A stretch of 62,888 bases of DNA, filler included, from Choristocarpus tenellus KU-1152 (lineage: Eukaryota > Protista > Phaeophyceae), in the NCBI GenBank assembly GCA_964200185.2. It is 9 parts of 9 records of this genome, joined end to end, with 100 filler letters (N's around TTAATTAATTAA, not from the genome) between each part and the next. Parts side by side here need not be neighbours in the genome. Positions count along the whole stretch, not along the records: positions 1 to 17,916 come from CAXNAD020000607.1; positions 18,017 to 25,793 come from CAXNAD020005596.1; 7 more parts are not named here. One strand, 5' to 3'. A model generated the notes under the pieces. That model was given only the letters and a program-made list of their open reading frames with translations, did not search any database and was not told where the DNA came from. Both the position numbers and the translations under genes were made by a program. Position 1 is the stretch's first letter. Every line of letters begins with the position of its first letter. Below are positions 11,701 through 22,759 of the stretch, in pieces.

Positions 11701-14700
11701 CGGTAAGCTTTAGCCTGTGGTTGAATGGAAGACACACAAATATTGCTAGGGGTTGAATGTCTTCTTCTCTAAGAATATGACATGTGCAGATGATCTTCCC
11801 TGAGTGCATGAGTACAGAAATGAGTGAAGGCATCTTAGAGGGTACAAGTTTTTCCCTGTTTGTCTGTTAGGGGCTTCGATTCCCACAGGTTTTTAACGAC
11901 ATTTTCCTACTCCTAAACGATTCGGAGTAGGTAAAATGCATACGTCTTGGAGTAGATATCATGTGTATATATCCGGAACAAGGATATTGACACTTCCTAA
12001 CAAACTCGATAGTCAAAATGACATCAGAATCGCAACATTGGATTTTGGTCCACAAACGGACACCGCTCCACCCTCTAAGATACTTTGGCTCAAGTGTTAA
12101 TTTTTTTATTTGCTGTACTTTGATTTCTTGTGCCTCCTTGACAATGGAAATTGATCTCCTGTTGTTTGTATCCTAGCTTCCATACAGCGTGTGTGAGTAA
12201 TGGAATGAACCACAGCATGTCTGTGCCTAAACATTACCATCAGTCAAACATAACCCTACGACTGACTCCCCATTCGCCCACTTGGTTTCTTCAACTGCTA
12301 ATCTTTTCCTGCTGAAACTACTCTCACCCCCATCCAGCCACTGCAATCGATCTCTGCACTCACTCATATTGTTCTTTTTTTTGTCATATTTCTGTCCTTC
12401 CATCCTTCTCCCCCCCCCCTCCAAACACTTTGTACTTTCCTCTTTGCCTCTTTGAAGGTAATGACATTGACTGGGACAGGCGACCTGGTGCTTCATGAGG
12501 GGGCACTACGAGTGGCAAACCCTGCCCCTGACAGCAGCATACACCCTGGTACATGGGAAGCCCTTACTCTGGAGAAGGGGTCTCTTGGAATCCATGATGG
12601 TGGAGCCTATGTCGCCTCCACTCACAAAGAGAAACCAGCCCTACTCGTTACTGCTGGTGAGAGTGGCCATCAAGTAGGGGGGTGGGAGAAGAACTGGGAT
12701 GGAGGAAGGGGAAGGGGTCGGTACACTGGCTCTGCATTGGTAGTGAATGTCCTTGAGCCACCCTCAGACAGTTTCACCCTGCTCGAGCTTGGAAGTAGCA
12801 GCAGTGGTATCAAAGGAGGGGCCAAGGAAGACGGGAACAACCTCTTGACTGGGGTGTGGGAAGCCGCAGGGATGGGTGTTCAAGATTCAGTGATGTCTGT
12901 ACGGGGTGACGGGCAGACTGTATTCAAAGGTGGAGGGGGAGTGATTGTGGCAGAGGGGAGCTTAGAAGTCTCCCAAGGCAATGCCCTCTTCAAGGTGAGT
13001 AGAACTTCACTTGTAATATTGATGGTATTGAATCAAGCCATGAATGGTTAGGGCTCTCAAAGCTCTAAATGATCTAGGAACATGTGGAAGCAGCGAAGAC
13101 ACTCCTCCAAGCATTAGAATCGTCTCTTGTGACTTTCGTAATTCATTTTTCGGCTCATCTGCAAGTAAAATTTAATATCCTGCATATCCCGATGTACCCA
13201 AGGTGCTCCACCAAGTATTTGCATCCCTACTCACCCTCTACTTCAATAGGGCAACACTAGCATTGGCAATGCTCTCAACATAGGCTCAGGTGGTGTCACC
13301 ATTTTGGATGGTGGAGTGCAGATCCTTGATGGTGGTTTTGAAGCAAGAACCACAGCCAAGGGTGGGGCAGGGGAGGCAGCGGCTCATATTTATGCTGCAA
13401 GCCCCACATTTGATGGGGATGTGTTACTTGTGGAGGGATTGGACTCTGGCGGGAGAGGAAGTCTCATCCGTGCTTCTGCCGGAGGTTCTGATGTATTTGA
13501 AGTCAAGGTGACAGAATGTCCTGAACAGGAAAAGGAGTGTGCTAGAGGAGAGGGGAGGGGAGGAGGGAGGCGATGGCAAGGGATATGAATTGCTCATGGT
13601 AGGAGACTTTTGACTGTGGGATTAGGTGGGTGATGTTGGGCAGTGATTTTAGACCGGAATTCACTGTAGAATTTATTGCATATTGTTCATTACAACAAAT
13701 GCGAGGAATATCCCTACTCCATTGAGTTCCTTGGCCAGACCTTTCCTTACAAGATTTGTTCAGTCTCAATTCTTCTTACTCCCCAAGACATTTCTATGTC
13801 ACCCTTCTCAAAGGTAACTGGTGCAACCTCTCTACATGGAGGTGGACTCACTGTGCAGACTGGAGGAATCCATGTAGGCAGTGGTGGTCTCCTTATAGAC
13901 TCTGGGGGCCTTGATGTAGAGGGGGGCATTCGTGTCCTTTCTGGGGCACTGGAGGTTGAATCAGACCTCGGTTTCTCTGTGAACAGAGGAGGAATTCGTG
14001 CTGTATCCTCAGCCCAGGATGACCCTGCAACCTCAGCTCTTACTGCATCTGCCTTGGCAGCTGGCTTTGGTGGGTCTGTGCTCTCTCTTGAAGCCCCATC
14101 TTCAAGACCCTCAGGAGACTTCCACCTTGTGGAAGGGAGTGCATCGGGGGAGAGGGTGTTCCACATTGATGGTTTGGGAAGGGTTGTGGCTCATGGAGGA
14201 CTGGAGACAGGGCCTGGGGGGACATTAGTGACCCAGGGAGGCCTTGTGGCAAAGGGTGGAATGGTGCTGAGTCGGTCAGCTGCGATACGGGATGGAGGTG
14301 GTGCAGAGCATGGGCATGGAGGAGAGGAAATGATTGAAGGGGGGGGGGAGGTGCGGGTTGATGCTTCCGCAGCATCCTTTTTCGAGATCATGAATGATGG
14401 AAAGGGGGACTCACAGAACCTACTCATCATTGAGGTGTGTTGATGAATGTTTCTTGTGTTTGTATGTGCTATTGACCGTAAGCAACTCTGTGCCATGACC
14501 AGGAGAAGTGCACTTACATTATCCATCCGATGTATGCAACCAAATCACCTAAAAATCACAACTTGGAAAAATTGACCCCAAATGGACAGCTGTCACCCCC
14601 TCCCCCCAGATACTTTGATCCTCTATACATTATAAAAAGGTGTGTCCGGAACAAGGATAATGACAATTCCTAACAAACACAATGGCCAATATTACATCAC

Positions 14701-16672
14701 TATCACAACATTGGATTTTTGCCCCAAATGGACGCTGCTCTACCCTCTAAGATACTTTGACTCCAGTTCACTCGTGCAAGTTTGCAAAAAACGTGGCCCC
14801 TCTATCTCAACTTCCCTCAAAATGCCTCCCAACAAAGGTAAAACAAATCTAATGCTTGACTATTCAAGAGCCCCAAACCCGCCCACTCTACTACTCATCT
14901 CAAACAACTAGGGTGAAACAGAACCGGGGCAAATACTTGTGGTGCACAATGGTGATGATCAACCAACTTCAGGGGCAGCAGTCATACCTTCAGGGTGAGA
15001 AGGACATTAGCCGCTGTGCTGGCACTGGGAGAACAAGGGCGAGAGAGAGAGAGGGAGTCAACGGTGTTAGAAAGGGAACCAGAGGAATTTACTCTTGCTT
15101 TGACCTCGATCTGCTTAGGGTTAGGGTCATCTATACGCAAAGTTGAACAATAACGTGAACTGGTAGGTGCAAGCTTTTCTATGGCAGGCCTTCCACTGTA
15201 AGCCTATTGTATCAACAAGAACAAGGATAACTCCTTCTTGCTCAGTCCAATATATTTACACAGGCATTTGTTCTCGTCCTCAACCCCTACATCAGCACAT
15301 GTCCTTTTTAGCACTTTGTGCGTAAATTTGTGGAACTGGGATCTGTTTTCTTCCAGTCTCTATGAAAAAATATTGAGCTTCATAACATTTGTCTTCAACA
15401 AGCATACAACATGTATTCCTCCTTGGTTCTCTCGGCCTTCTCGAGTTTGTAGACGAACTTTGAGCATATGAGATGATGGACAATCCAGATTTTACACAGA
15501 GGAATATATTGCTCAATACCTAAAGACACTGTTTGCCATTCCTGAATGGGAGTCTATGCCCAACCCTGTCACTACCGAGCATTTTGTACCTCAGTGGGCA
15601 GCGAGTGGGTCAAGAAGTAGAGGAGATGTAATGCTTCCAATTTCTCAGAAGGTTTTCACCTCCACCTCATAGGGCCTACTATACAGGATATTTGAGTTGT
15701 GTTGGTGGAGTTTCTCCTTTGTCTTCCTCATCTCACTCCCCACCAGAACCAGAAGTTCTCCCTTGGCCATGACCCAAAACATTGAAGATGGTAGGGGTTT
15801 TTTGCCTTTTTCGGTTTTCTGTGTGAATACAGTTACCTAAAATGTATATGTCTATGAAAGGTGTGTCTGGAGCAAGGATTTTGACACTTGATAACAAAAA
15901 CAATAGCCAAAACTCATCAAAATTGCCACATTGGATTTATGATCCCGAACGGACATGACCTTACCCTCTTAAATACTTTGACTCCATCCTGTTTTATTCA
16001 CTGGGTGTTGCCCTTGACCAATCCAATCTGACATTTGTATGATCTTGTCTATTTTCTTCTGTGCCCCTATCTCATTTTTAGAGCTAAAGTCCAACCTGTA
16101 ATTTATCGCCTCCGGAACCTCCCTATCATTCATGCAGACAGGCTGGAGTATTGGGGTCCTTCTTATCCGAGAGCTACATACAAAATCAACTCGTGCATAT
16201 AAAAACCCCCAACTCCACTATACATTTCAAGAGTGAAAGTACCTTGGAGGGTACGAGTTTTACCCTGTTGTTCATTTGGGGCTTGGCTTCCCACGGTTTT
16301 TATTAATGACATTTTCCTACTCCAAAATGTTTCAGAGCAGGTGAAATGCATATGATATGAGAAGGTGCGTCCGGAACAAGGATATTGACACTTCCTAACA
16401 AACACCATAGCCAAAACTACACCAAAATCGCAACATTGGATTTTGGTCCCCAAACGGACATATCTCTACCCTTTAAGATACTTTGATGCTTAATTCCAAT
16501 ACTTATAATTGCATTGTTTTTGTTCTGCTTTGGACAGATACACAATTCTCCTCATCCATGATGGGACAAAGTGGAGGGACCTGCGTGTGTTGGAGGCATC
16601 AGTGAGAGAGCTAAGGGGCATCACCTCCTTCAGGGCAGACAGGGACCTAGATATTGGGGATGTGTCTTTAAA
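8755..16672 (+). CDS. Secreted mastigoneme-like EGF protein with Gly-rich beta-repeat/fibre-like C-terminal region (3'-incomplete). Exons 8755-8923, 9125-9395, 9993-10141, 10731-10846, 11557-11667, 12458-12994, 13250-13507, 13814-14434, 14912-14994, 16538-16672
   Basis: Signal peptide MKIMGAVFALALSATLLPLAE; EGF CPNWCSQHGICTGPGDDAHCICEMGFVGDDC; RLCPKGDDPLT motif typical of stramenopile tubular-mastigoneme/Sig-type proteins; second EGF EYMECSRHGECIRQTGRCECRPGFKGDAC. All ten exons join in phase through GT(GC)-AG sites. Confidence 0.85.
10166..10427 (+). mobile_element. MITE family B (~260 bp) in intron 3
   Basis: gagtgaaagtatcttagaggg ... cctctaagatgctttggctc; flanked by aatt on both sides; similar to copies at 11822, 16231 and 36554. 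Confidence 0.88.
11822..12091 (+). mobile_element. MITE family B, intronic
   Basis: gagtgaaggcatcttagaggg ... ccctctaagatactttggctc. Confidence 0.88.
14497..14763 (+). mobile_element. Right half of MITE A (14497-14621) directly followed by right half of MITE B (~14624-14763)
   Basis: Two consecutive right TIRs (cccccagatactttgatcc; ccctctaagatactttgactcc), each preceded by its family's internal sequence. Confidence 0.8.
15830..15984 (+). mobile_element. MITE family B, 5'-truncated
   Basis: gaaaggtgtgtctggagcaaggattttgacact ... ccctcttaaatactttgactc matches the family B right half. Confidence 0.75.
16231..16489 (+). mobile_element. MITE family B, intronic
   Basis: gagtgaaagtaccttggaggg ... 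ccctttaagatactttgatgc. Confidence 0.88.
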
Positions 16673-17083
16673 GTGAGTTTTACTCATTGGTTCTCTAGCA
16701 TCAAGGTTGTATGCTGCCTTTTGTACAAGGGAGTGGTTATGGTTCGTGATATGTAAGCACTGAGCACCAAAATACCCGCAAAAATGATCTTGAAAGTTAA
16801 GGGAGACCCCGACAAGTACCGAACCTGGGGACATGACACACTACAAGAGACGTTATGTCACCTACTGCACTACTGGGGCTTCTACAATAAGCCTGTATTG
16901 AAACGAGAGAGATATTATTTAGCCTATTATAGGATAACAAGGTAATCAGGTACTGTACATAATTACAGAAGTAGTAACCTAATATTTGTACACAATTGCT
17001 GTTTGCCATAAATTCCAAGCAAATTGAGGTGTTACACAGTTTCCTATTTAATCAAAATGTAGGATTTGCACATGGTTGTAAGA

Positions 17084-17262
17084 GACCCAAAGTATCTGGG
17101 GGGGGGGAAGGGTCTACACCAGGGTGTCCATTTGGTCCAAAATCAGGAAAAGTGTAGTTACAATATCCATCCGACGTATGCAACCAAATAACCCAAACGT
17201 CGCGACATGAAAAAATTGACCTCAATGGACAGCCGCCACCCCCCCCCCAGATACTTTAAGCC
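17084..17262 (+). mobile_element. MITE family A, complete, with AGA TSD, inserted into the left TIR of a family C MITE
   Basis: aga|gacccaaagtatctggg ... ccagatactttaagcc|aga. Confidence 0.88.
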
Positions 17263-17263
17263 A

Positions 17264-17529
17264 GAGTCAAAGTAAGCGAGGGTGACCCAGTGTTGCATTT
17301 TAAGGGTGCTGAGAAAAGCGTGCAAATTTCGTCTTTTTATACAAATGTGTGTAGGTCACTTTCCAAATTGTGTCGAAAACTTCCAAACGATAGAGAAATC
17401 AACACACTCAAGTCAAACTTAGCACTTCATCCACAGAAATATGGGTGTATTGGAAAAGAGTGAAAAAACAACCAAAAATGCAAAATGCAAAACGACCAAA
17501 ACTTGGCTATCTCTCGTTTACTTTGGCTA
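17264..17529 (+). mobile_element. MITE family C (~265 bp)
   Basis: gagtcaaagtaagcgag ... ctcgtttactttggcta|taa; homologous to 21916-22172 and 41223-41457. Confidence 0.8.
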
Positions 17530-17872
17530 TAATCGCAAGGTATAACTTGTATATGAATATGAGCTAGAGACAGCTCGGCACTATGCAATTATCTTCTTTT
17601 GACACACAGGGACAAATCAATCATTTGTACATACTGATAAAATAGTGAGTGATACGGACAAATCATGTGTACATGCTAACCATCAAGGTTGTATTGACAA
17701 ATTTGAAGTTGTACATCATTCCTCAACATTGAGTTGTACTCAGCAAATGGTTTGTGGTAATTAGTACATCTTCGCCACTCCTTCAATCTTCATGTACAAG
17801 TATTTGTAAGGTATTTTGTGTACTGATTTGTGAAGCACGAATGAGTTAGATCATGGCTGTCTGTCATGTGGA

Positions 17873-17916
17873 GGCCCAAAGTATCTGGGAGGGGGGGGGT
17901 GGTCTACACCAGGGTG
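17873..17916 (+). mobile_element. MITE A left end, truncated by contig break
   Basis: ggcccaaagtatctgggaggggggggtggtctacaccagggtg followed by Ns. Confidence 0.85.
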
Positions 17917-18016
17917 NNNNNNNNNNNNNNNNNNNNNNNNNNNNNNNNNNNNNNNNNNNNTTAATTAATTAANNNNNNNNNNNNNNNNNNNNNNNNNNNN
18001 NNNNNNNNNNNNNNNN
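17917..18016. other. Artificial contig linker (44N-TTAATTAATTAA-44N). Identical linkers at 25794-25893, 29124-29223, 34109-34208, 45665-45764, 54689-54788, 57362-57461 and 60173-60272
   Basis: Identical 100-bp spacer with stops in all six frames, repeated 8 times. Confidence 0.98.
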
Positions 18017-18387
18017 CCCCCCAGATACTTTGAGCCAGTAGACAAAAATGGTAGGACCTCACGTCAGGGTAATATGTTTGGCTTAGGGTTAGAGATAGAA
18101 ACATCGGATTGCAAGAAGACAGTTGCTGTCATGATGTGGTATACTTTCAAGTTCGACAATAATCAACTTCGAAGTTTTTTGTCAGTAACTACTTGTGTAC
18201 GATGTTTGTCCCTGTTATGGGGCCATGCTAAGAGCGGTATTCACCCATGTTGTAGTGTTTTCTGTTCTTATGGTATGACAATTCACACCTCACATCCCAC
18301 CCGCCAAAAAATGAGCAGAACCGATGAAATGTATCATTTACTGAGTTTGTTTCTGTAATTTTACTTTCATAATTGAGATGGAGGACA

Positions 18388-18645
18388 GGGTCAAAGTATT
18401 TGTGGGGGGGGGGGGTCTAGCCCAGGGTGTCCATTCGGACCCTGATAAGGTGTTGGTGAAATGGTCTGAGTGTCTTTAGTCGTGGAGGGTTGGTCCTGTT
18501 GTGATGAAGTGTGGAATATCCTGCACTTGGGATATGTCCTCAAGTGCTTGAATTTGTGTGGAATGTGTTACGATGTCAAGATCAAAACAAATCGCAACAT
18601 GAAATAATGGGCCCTGAATGGACAATCACCACCCCACCCACCTGA
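18388..18645 (+). mobile_element. Disrupted MITE A (left TIR at 18388, degenerate right part ~18575-18645)
   Basis: gggtcaaagtatttgtggggg...cagggtgtccatt; later aatcgcaacatgaaa...aatggacaatcaccacccc. Confidence 0.6.
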
Positions 18646-18649
18646 CACG

Positions 18650-19960
18650 CTTCACCATGGAACAAGCAGACAACACCTCACTGTGGACGCTGGAGAAGAA
18701 AATGGAGATAGCAGACTCAGCGGGAGCTACTGACTTCTTTGAAGGGGAGCGTGAAAATGGATCTCTTCGCCTGGAAAATAGCAACAAATACTGGCACAGA
18801 TGCCCACAAGTTCAGGGGAATTGGGCCTATTCTCCATGAAGCATTGCCAGCATGCAGCCTTTGTAGGATCACTGGTGGCCACTCTCCCCACCCTGTTAGC
18901 AAGGCAACAAGGGCCTCAGGAGAGTCTTTCTCACAGGCCATCCGTATGAGCCCCACAGTTAGGGCCTTGGGATCATCCATCCACACCCTCCTCTTGACAG
19001 GAGTCCTTCAGAAGACTTCGCAGGAATTATTGCCCAAGGCTGGGTACCCTGGGGGGGGGAAACAGCCCCTACACCATCCCCAGAGGTTCACACTCTAGCA
19101 ACCCATGATGCGAGGATCACAAGGAGGGCACAACACGAGATTACCCGCCTCCTGAACAGGATCCAGTTCGACTCTTTCCGGACCCAATTGGCCAACCTAC
19201 CACACGATGCAGAACAAGGGAGTTAAAATTCTTCACTAGCCCTGGCCTGCCACCGGAGCCAGTGCGGAAAAGGGGCAAATACATGGGCCTCTACACAACC
19301 CCTGGAACCAGTACGCCAGATCCATCCCATAGAGTTGAGACTTGCTGCCAGCAGATACCTGGAGAGGGAGGAGGCCCTATCCAACAGGTGCCCAGCGACT
19401 TGGTGCAGGAGGCATAATGTGGACACTAGACATGCTTGTACCTGCCCTAGGGCAGGGGGACATGTCCGCCAACACACACTGATGGTGAAACGCCTAGGTT
19501 AACTCTGCAAAGGAATGGGCATCCGTTGCACTATGAGGACGGTAGCCCATTGACGGTGGACCGAAATTTCCACGTTGATCTGGTCTTCCATGCTGGGGTA
19601 CTTGCAGACGCCGGATCAACTCCCTACCTGTTACGTTTCAGAAGTGCAACTAGCCTCCCTTCTACCCTACTCATCCACCAGCAATGGTGTAGCTGCTGCT
19701 GTAGCTGAGGTGCGAAAGCGCACCCACTACAAGGTTCTTTTTACCCTCGTAGTTTAACCTCAGCACCATCACGGTGGGAAGTTTTGGGCGCCTCGGTAAG
19801 CAAGCAGAGAGAATTCTGGATGAGTTGACTACACACGCGGTTGGGGGGAGAGGGGCGGGAAGCTGCAGTAGGAAAGGAGCTGTCAAATCCCGTCTATGAC
19901 AGATAGTGTCTGTCACAATACAGGTGGCTCTATCAAGACGTGTTATGCGTCTTAAGCTGT
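18650..19960 (+). mobile_element. Decayed 3' part of a CRE-like non-LTR retrotransposon (post-RT region, Zn knuckle, restriction-like endonuclease)
   Basis: With frameshifts: QMPTSSGGIG; CPATWCRRHNVDTRHACTCPRAGGHVRQH (CCHC); YEDGSP...HVDLVF; AAAVAEVRKRTHY; TITVGSFGRLGKQAERILDEL; QIVSVTIQVALSRRV. This is the motif order of RLE-type LINEs. Confidence 0.75.
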
Positions 19961-21169
19961 AGACGCCACGGAGATGAGCAAGGAGGGGTCTGTCAGATTG
20001 TTGGGATACTTCCCTAGCTCCTCGCCCTGTGGTGTAGGGCTAAGCTAGGTTTGAGGCATAGGAGTGGAGTGGAGTGGTGAAGCATAGCTGGTAGCCAAAT
20101 AGTATATAGATTATAGAAAGGTATCTTTCACCTTTACAGCAACTGTTACTTTTACAGGGGTTCTTATGATATTGAATTGGCTTTTCATTGACTTTTCCCC
20201 TGACACATCTGCTAAATGTCTAAGCCATAATAATATATACTGTACAGGGGTAGTTTTCTATGCGAAGGTGTGTTTTGTGTGAGAGTGGCAGTGAACGTTG
20301 AAAAAGGTGATAAATATATGTTTCTGGTATGTGGCAGGATGTCATGGTTGGTGCAATCGCGTGTTTGAAAGGTTGGAGAAGAATGGAGGAGGAGACTGTG
20401 CAGTTTCAAAATATATGGTGTTGGGGTAATTAAATCCCCAGAGTCTAGCAAATTCCCTCCCACCAACCTTGTTGCTCAAGAGAGGGGAGGTCCGTGTTGG
20501 GGATGGTGTGGGTCAGACCTCAGAATGGTGTGTCGGCCAAGCCCAGTAGCTTTGGGAAGGGTTTTCCTGGGAGGCTTCCTTTGTTGTTGTAGGAAGGTAT
20601 ATTTGTTGTCTTTTCCCATTCGTTGTTGCCAATTGTGGAGGTTCTTATTTTCCATAATAAATCCACATTATTCTGGACTGAGAACAAATCTTTTCGCGTT
20701 TTTAGGAATATTATATTATCGTTGTTTGTTTTGTGAATTGATATATAGGCAGATGAGACAATGTGGGATTCGCAGATCGACGTTGTACCATTGGGTAAAA
20801 ACTCCGAAATCAGTAGAGGTCAAAAAAGGCAGATTTGAGATTCGAAGCCATTAATGTGCTTTTTAATCAACATTTGAGAAATATCTGATACGTTCTCTCA
20901 CACTTTTTCTTTTTTTGAGACAGAAAAAAAAAGGGAATAAGCCCAATTAATAATTTGAACCTACAGAAAGTAAAAATGTACTGATACAAGACCTAATTGG
21001 AAACTTCACGTATTGTAGAATCAACCTTCCTGCCTCCTCTGCTAATTACATTCGCCCTGATTGTTCAGAACCGGGTTCCCTGAGTTGCTCCTTGCCGGAT
21101 GTCATACATCTTAAACCCCACAAAGAGGGTCTCCCCCCTGAAACAGACATCGACTCTCTTAATTATTTA

Positions 21170-22400
21170 TTTTGGGGTACAACAATCCCTGAACCAGAAA
21201 TCGAACAAGGTTTGAGTGTTGAACGAACTTTGGGTTCTTAATTTGTTGAGGGCATTGCTGACCATTAAACATGGAGTGGGTCGTAGATCTCAACGTAAAA
21301 CTATTATCACCGACTTCGATCTAGAGGTTTGCACCAGCTAGGTACGTCTGGTGGAAAGCAAAAGAAGTTCCTCAGTGTGGAGAGATGATTGCAGTGCACA
21401 GAAAATGATCCAACCTGGATGCTCCCTCTGACTAAACTGTACTGATGCTGAAGTCTTCAAGATCTCGTCGTGACCAAAGTGTAATGATGCCAAAGTCTTT
21501 ACAATCTTCTCCACCACCCTCTGCCACAATAGCCGATGAGCCATCACAATGTTGGCAAACACACCTGGCTCAGTCAGTTGTTGCCATCGTTGTCGAGAAT
21601 ATTCAATATACTTTTGCCTCGAACCCTCAAGTTGACATACCCATGGATACATCTACTACTCAAAACTTGGGTTGTCGGGCTGATACATGCATCATCAGAC
21701 TCCACAAAAAAGAGTACAGTGAAGTTTAGAATCTTTTTCCAAGGCAAATTCATCCGAGACTTCTCTCGTAGGCCGTCAATGTTTTTCCCCCTTACATCGT
21801 GCACATATATTGTTAGAGGTGGCCAGGGCTTCATACATTTATTCCAAGCACGAATAAAATATTTCCACGCACCTCTTTTTTCATCTTCACATTTCCTTTA
21901 GCCATACTTCGATAAGAGTTAGAGAAAACGAGAGGTACTCAGGGTAACATTTAAAGGATGCTGACAATTTTGTGCAAAGTCGACTTTATACAAATGTGTA
22001 CAGGAATTTTCCTGAATTCTGTCCAAAAATTTAAAACAATGGAGAAACCATAGGTCCCGAGTCAACGTTACCGCTCCACCGATGGAAACAAAGGTTAGAT
22101 AGCAAAATATAAAAAAAGTGACTTCAAATGTAAAATGGTCCAAATCTGGGGACCCCTCGTTTACTTTGGATCTAAAGGCTAATTGATGTAAATACTCAAG
22201 ATGGTAATTTATAGGCTCGAATCCTTTTGCCTTAAGCTGGGAACTGTTGAGTAATAAGATCACTTTTGTTTGAGACCACGTAGTGGAAGGAGATTGTGTT
22301 CGTTGTAGACGGGTGTATGATTTTCTGCTCCACCAATGTCCAAGAGATTGGAACTGGAAGACAACTGGACCTCATCACTCCAGATCTCTGGATATTAGGG
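21170..22400 (-). pseudogene. Decayed coding region, possibly a KDZ-type transposase remnant, interrupted by MITE C
   Basis: Fragments in order: GAENHTPVYNEHNLLP; WKYFIRAWNK; NICARCKGE/NIDGL; LTEPGVF; REHPGWIIF; NALNKLRTQSSFNTQTLFDFWFR. Many stops and frameshifts. Confidence 0.3.
21916..22172 (+). mobile_element. MITE family C with TAA TSD
   Basis: taa|gagttagagaaaacgagaggtactc ... ccctcgtttactttggatc|taa. Confidence 0.8.
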
Positions 22401-22759
22401 TTGCTAACCTCAATATATATGAAGAAAACCGAGAAGATCATTTCTTTTGCCTCTATGAGGAACAGACATTGTGCAGACACTCCTCAAACTGGAGTGGACA
22501 ACTCCTGTCCTAACAAAAGCAGGCTATACGACCTTTTGCTGTCAGGGAGGCAAGGCAATGATCCAAGGCAACGATCAATCCTCAAAAAAGTAACCACTGA
22601 TCCAAACCCTTACACCCCTCTCCGACTCAGTGCGGTTCCTCTCGAGATACTGTTGAGGCCTAGCATAACCCATAACCAAGAGTAGGGGATAATTGTTACC
22701 CGCTCACAAGTACATTAGCTAAGGGATTGTGACTTGATCGCCACAATGCTCCAAACACC

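Noticed and set aside
17917-18016. Conserved TTAATTAATTAA motif as a biological element
   Set aside because: Always centred in 88 Ns. It is an artificial six-frame-stop linker.
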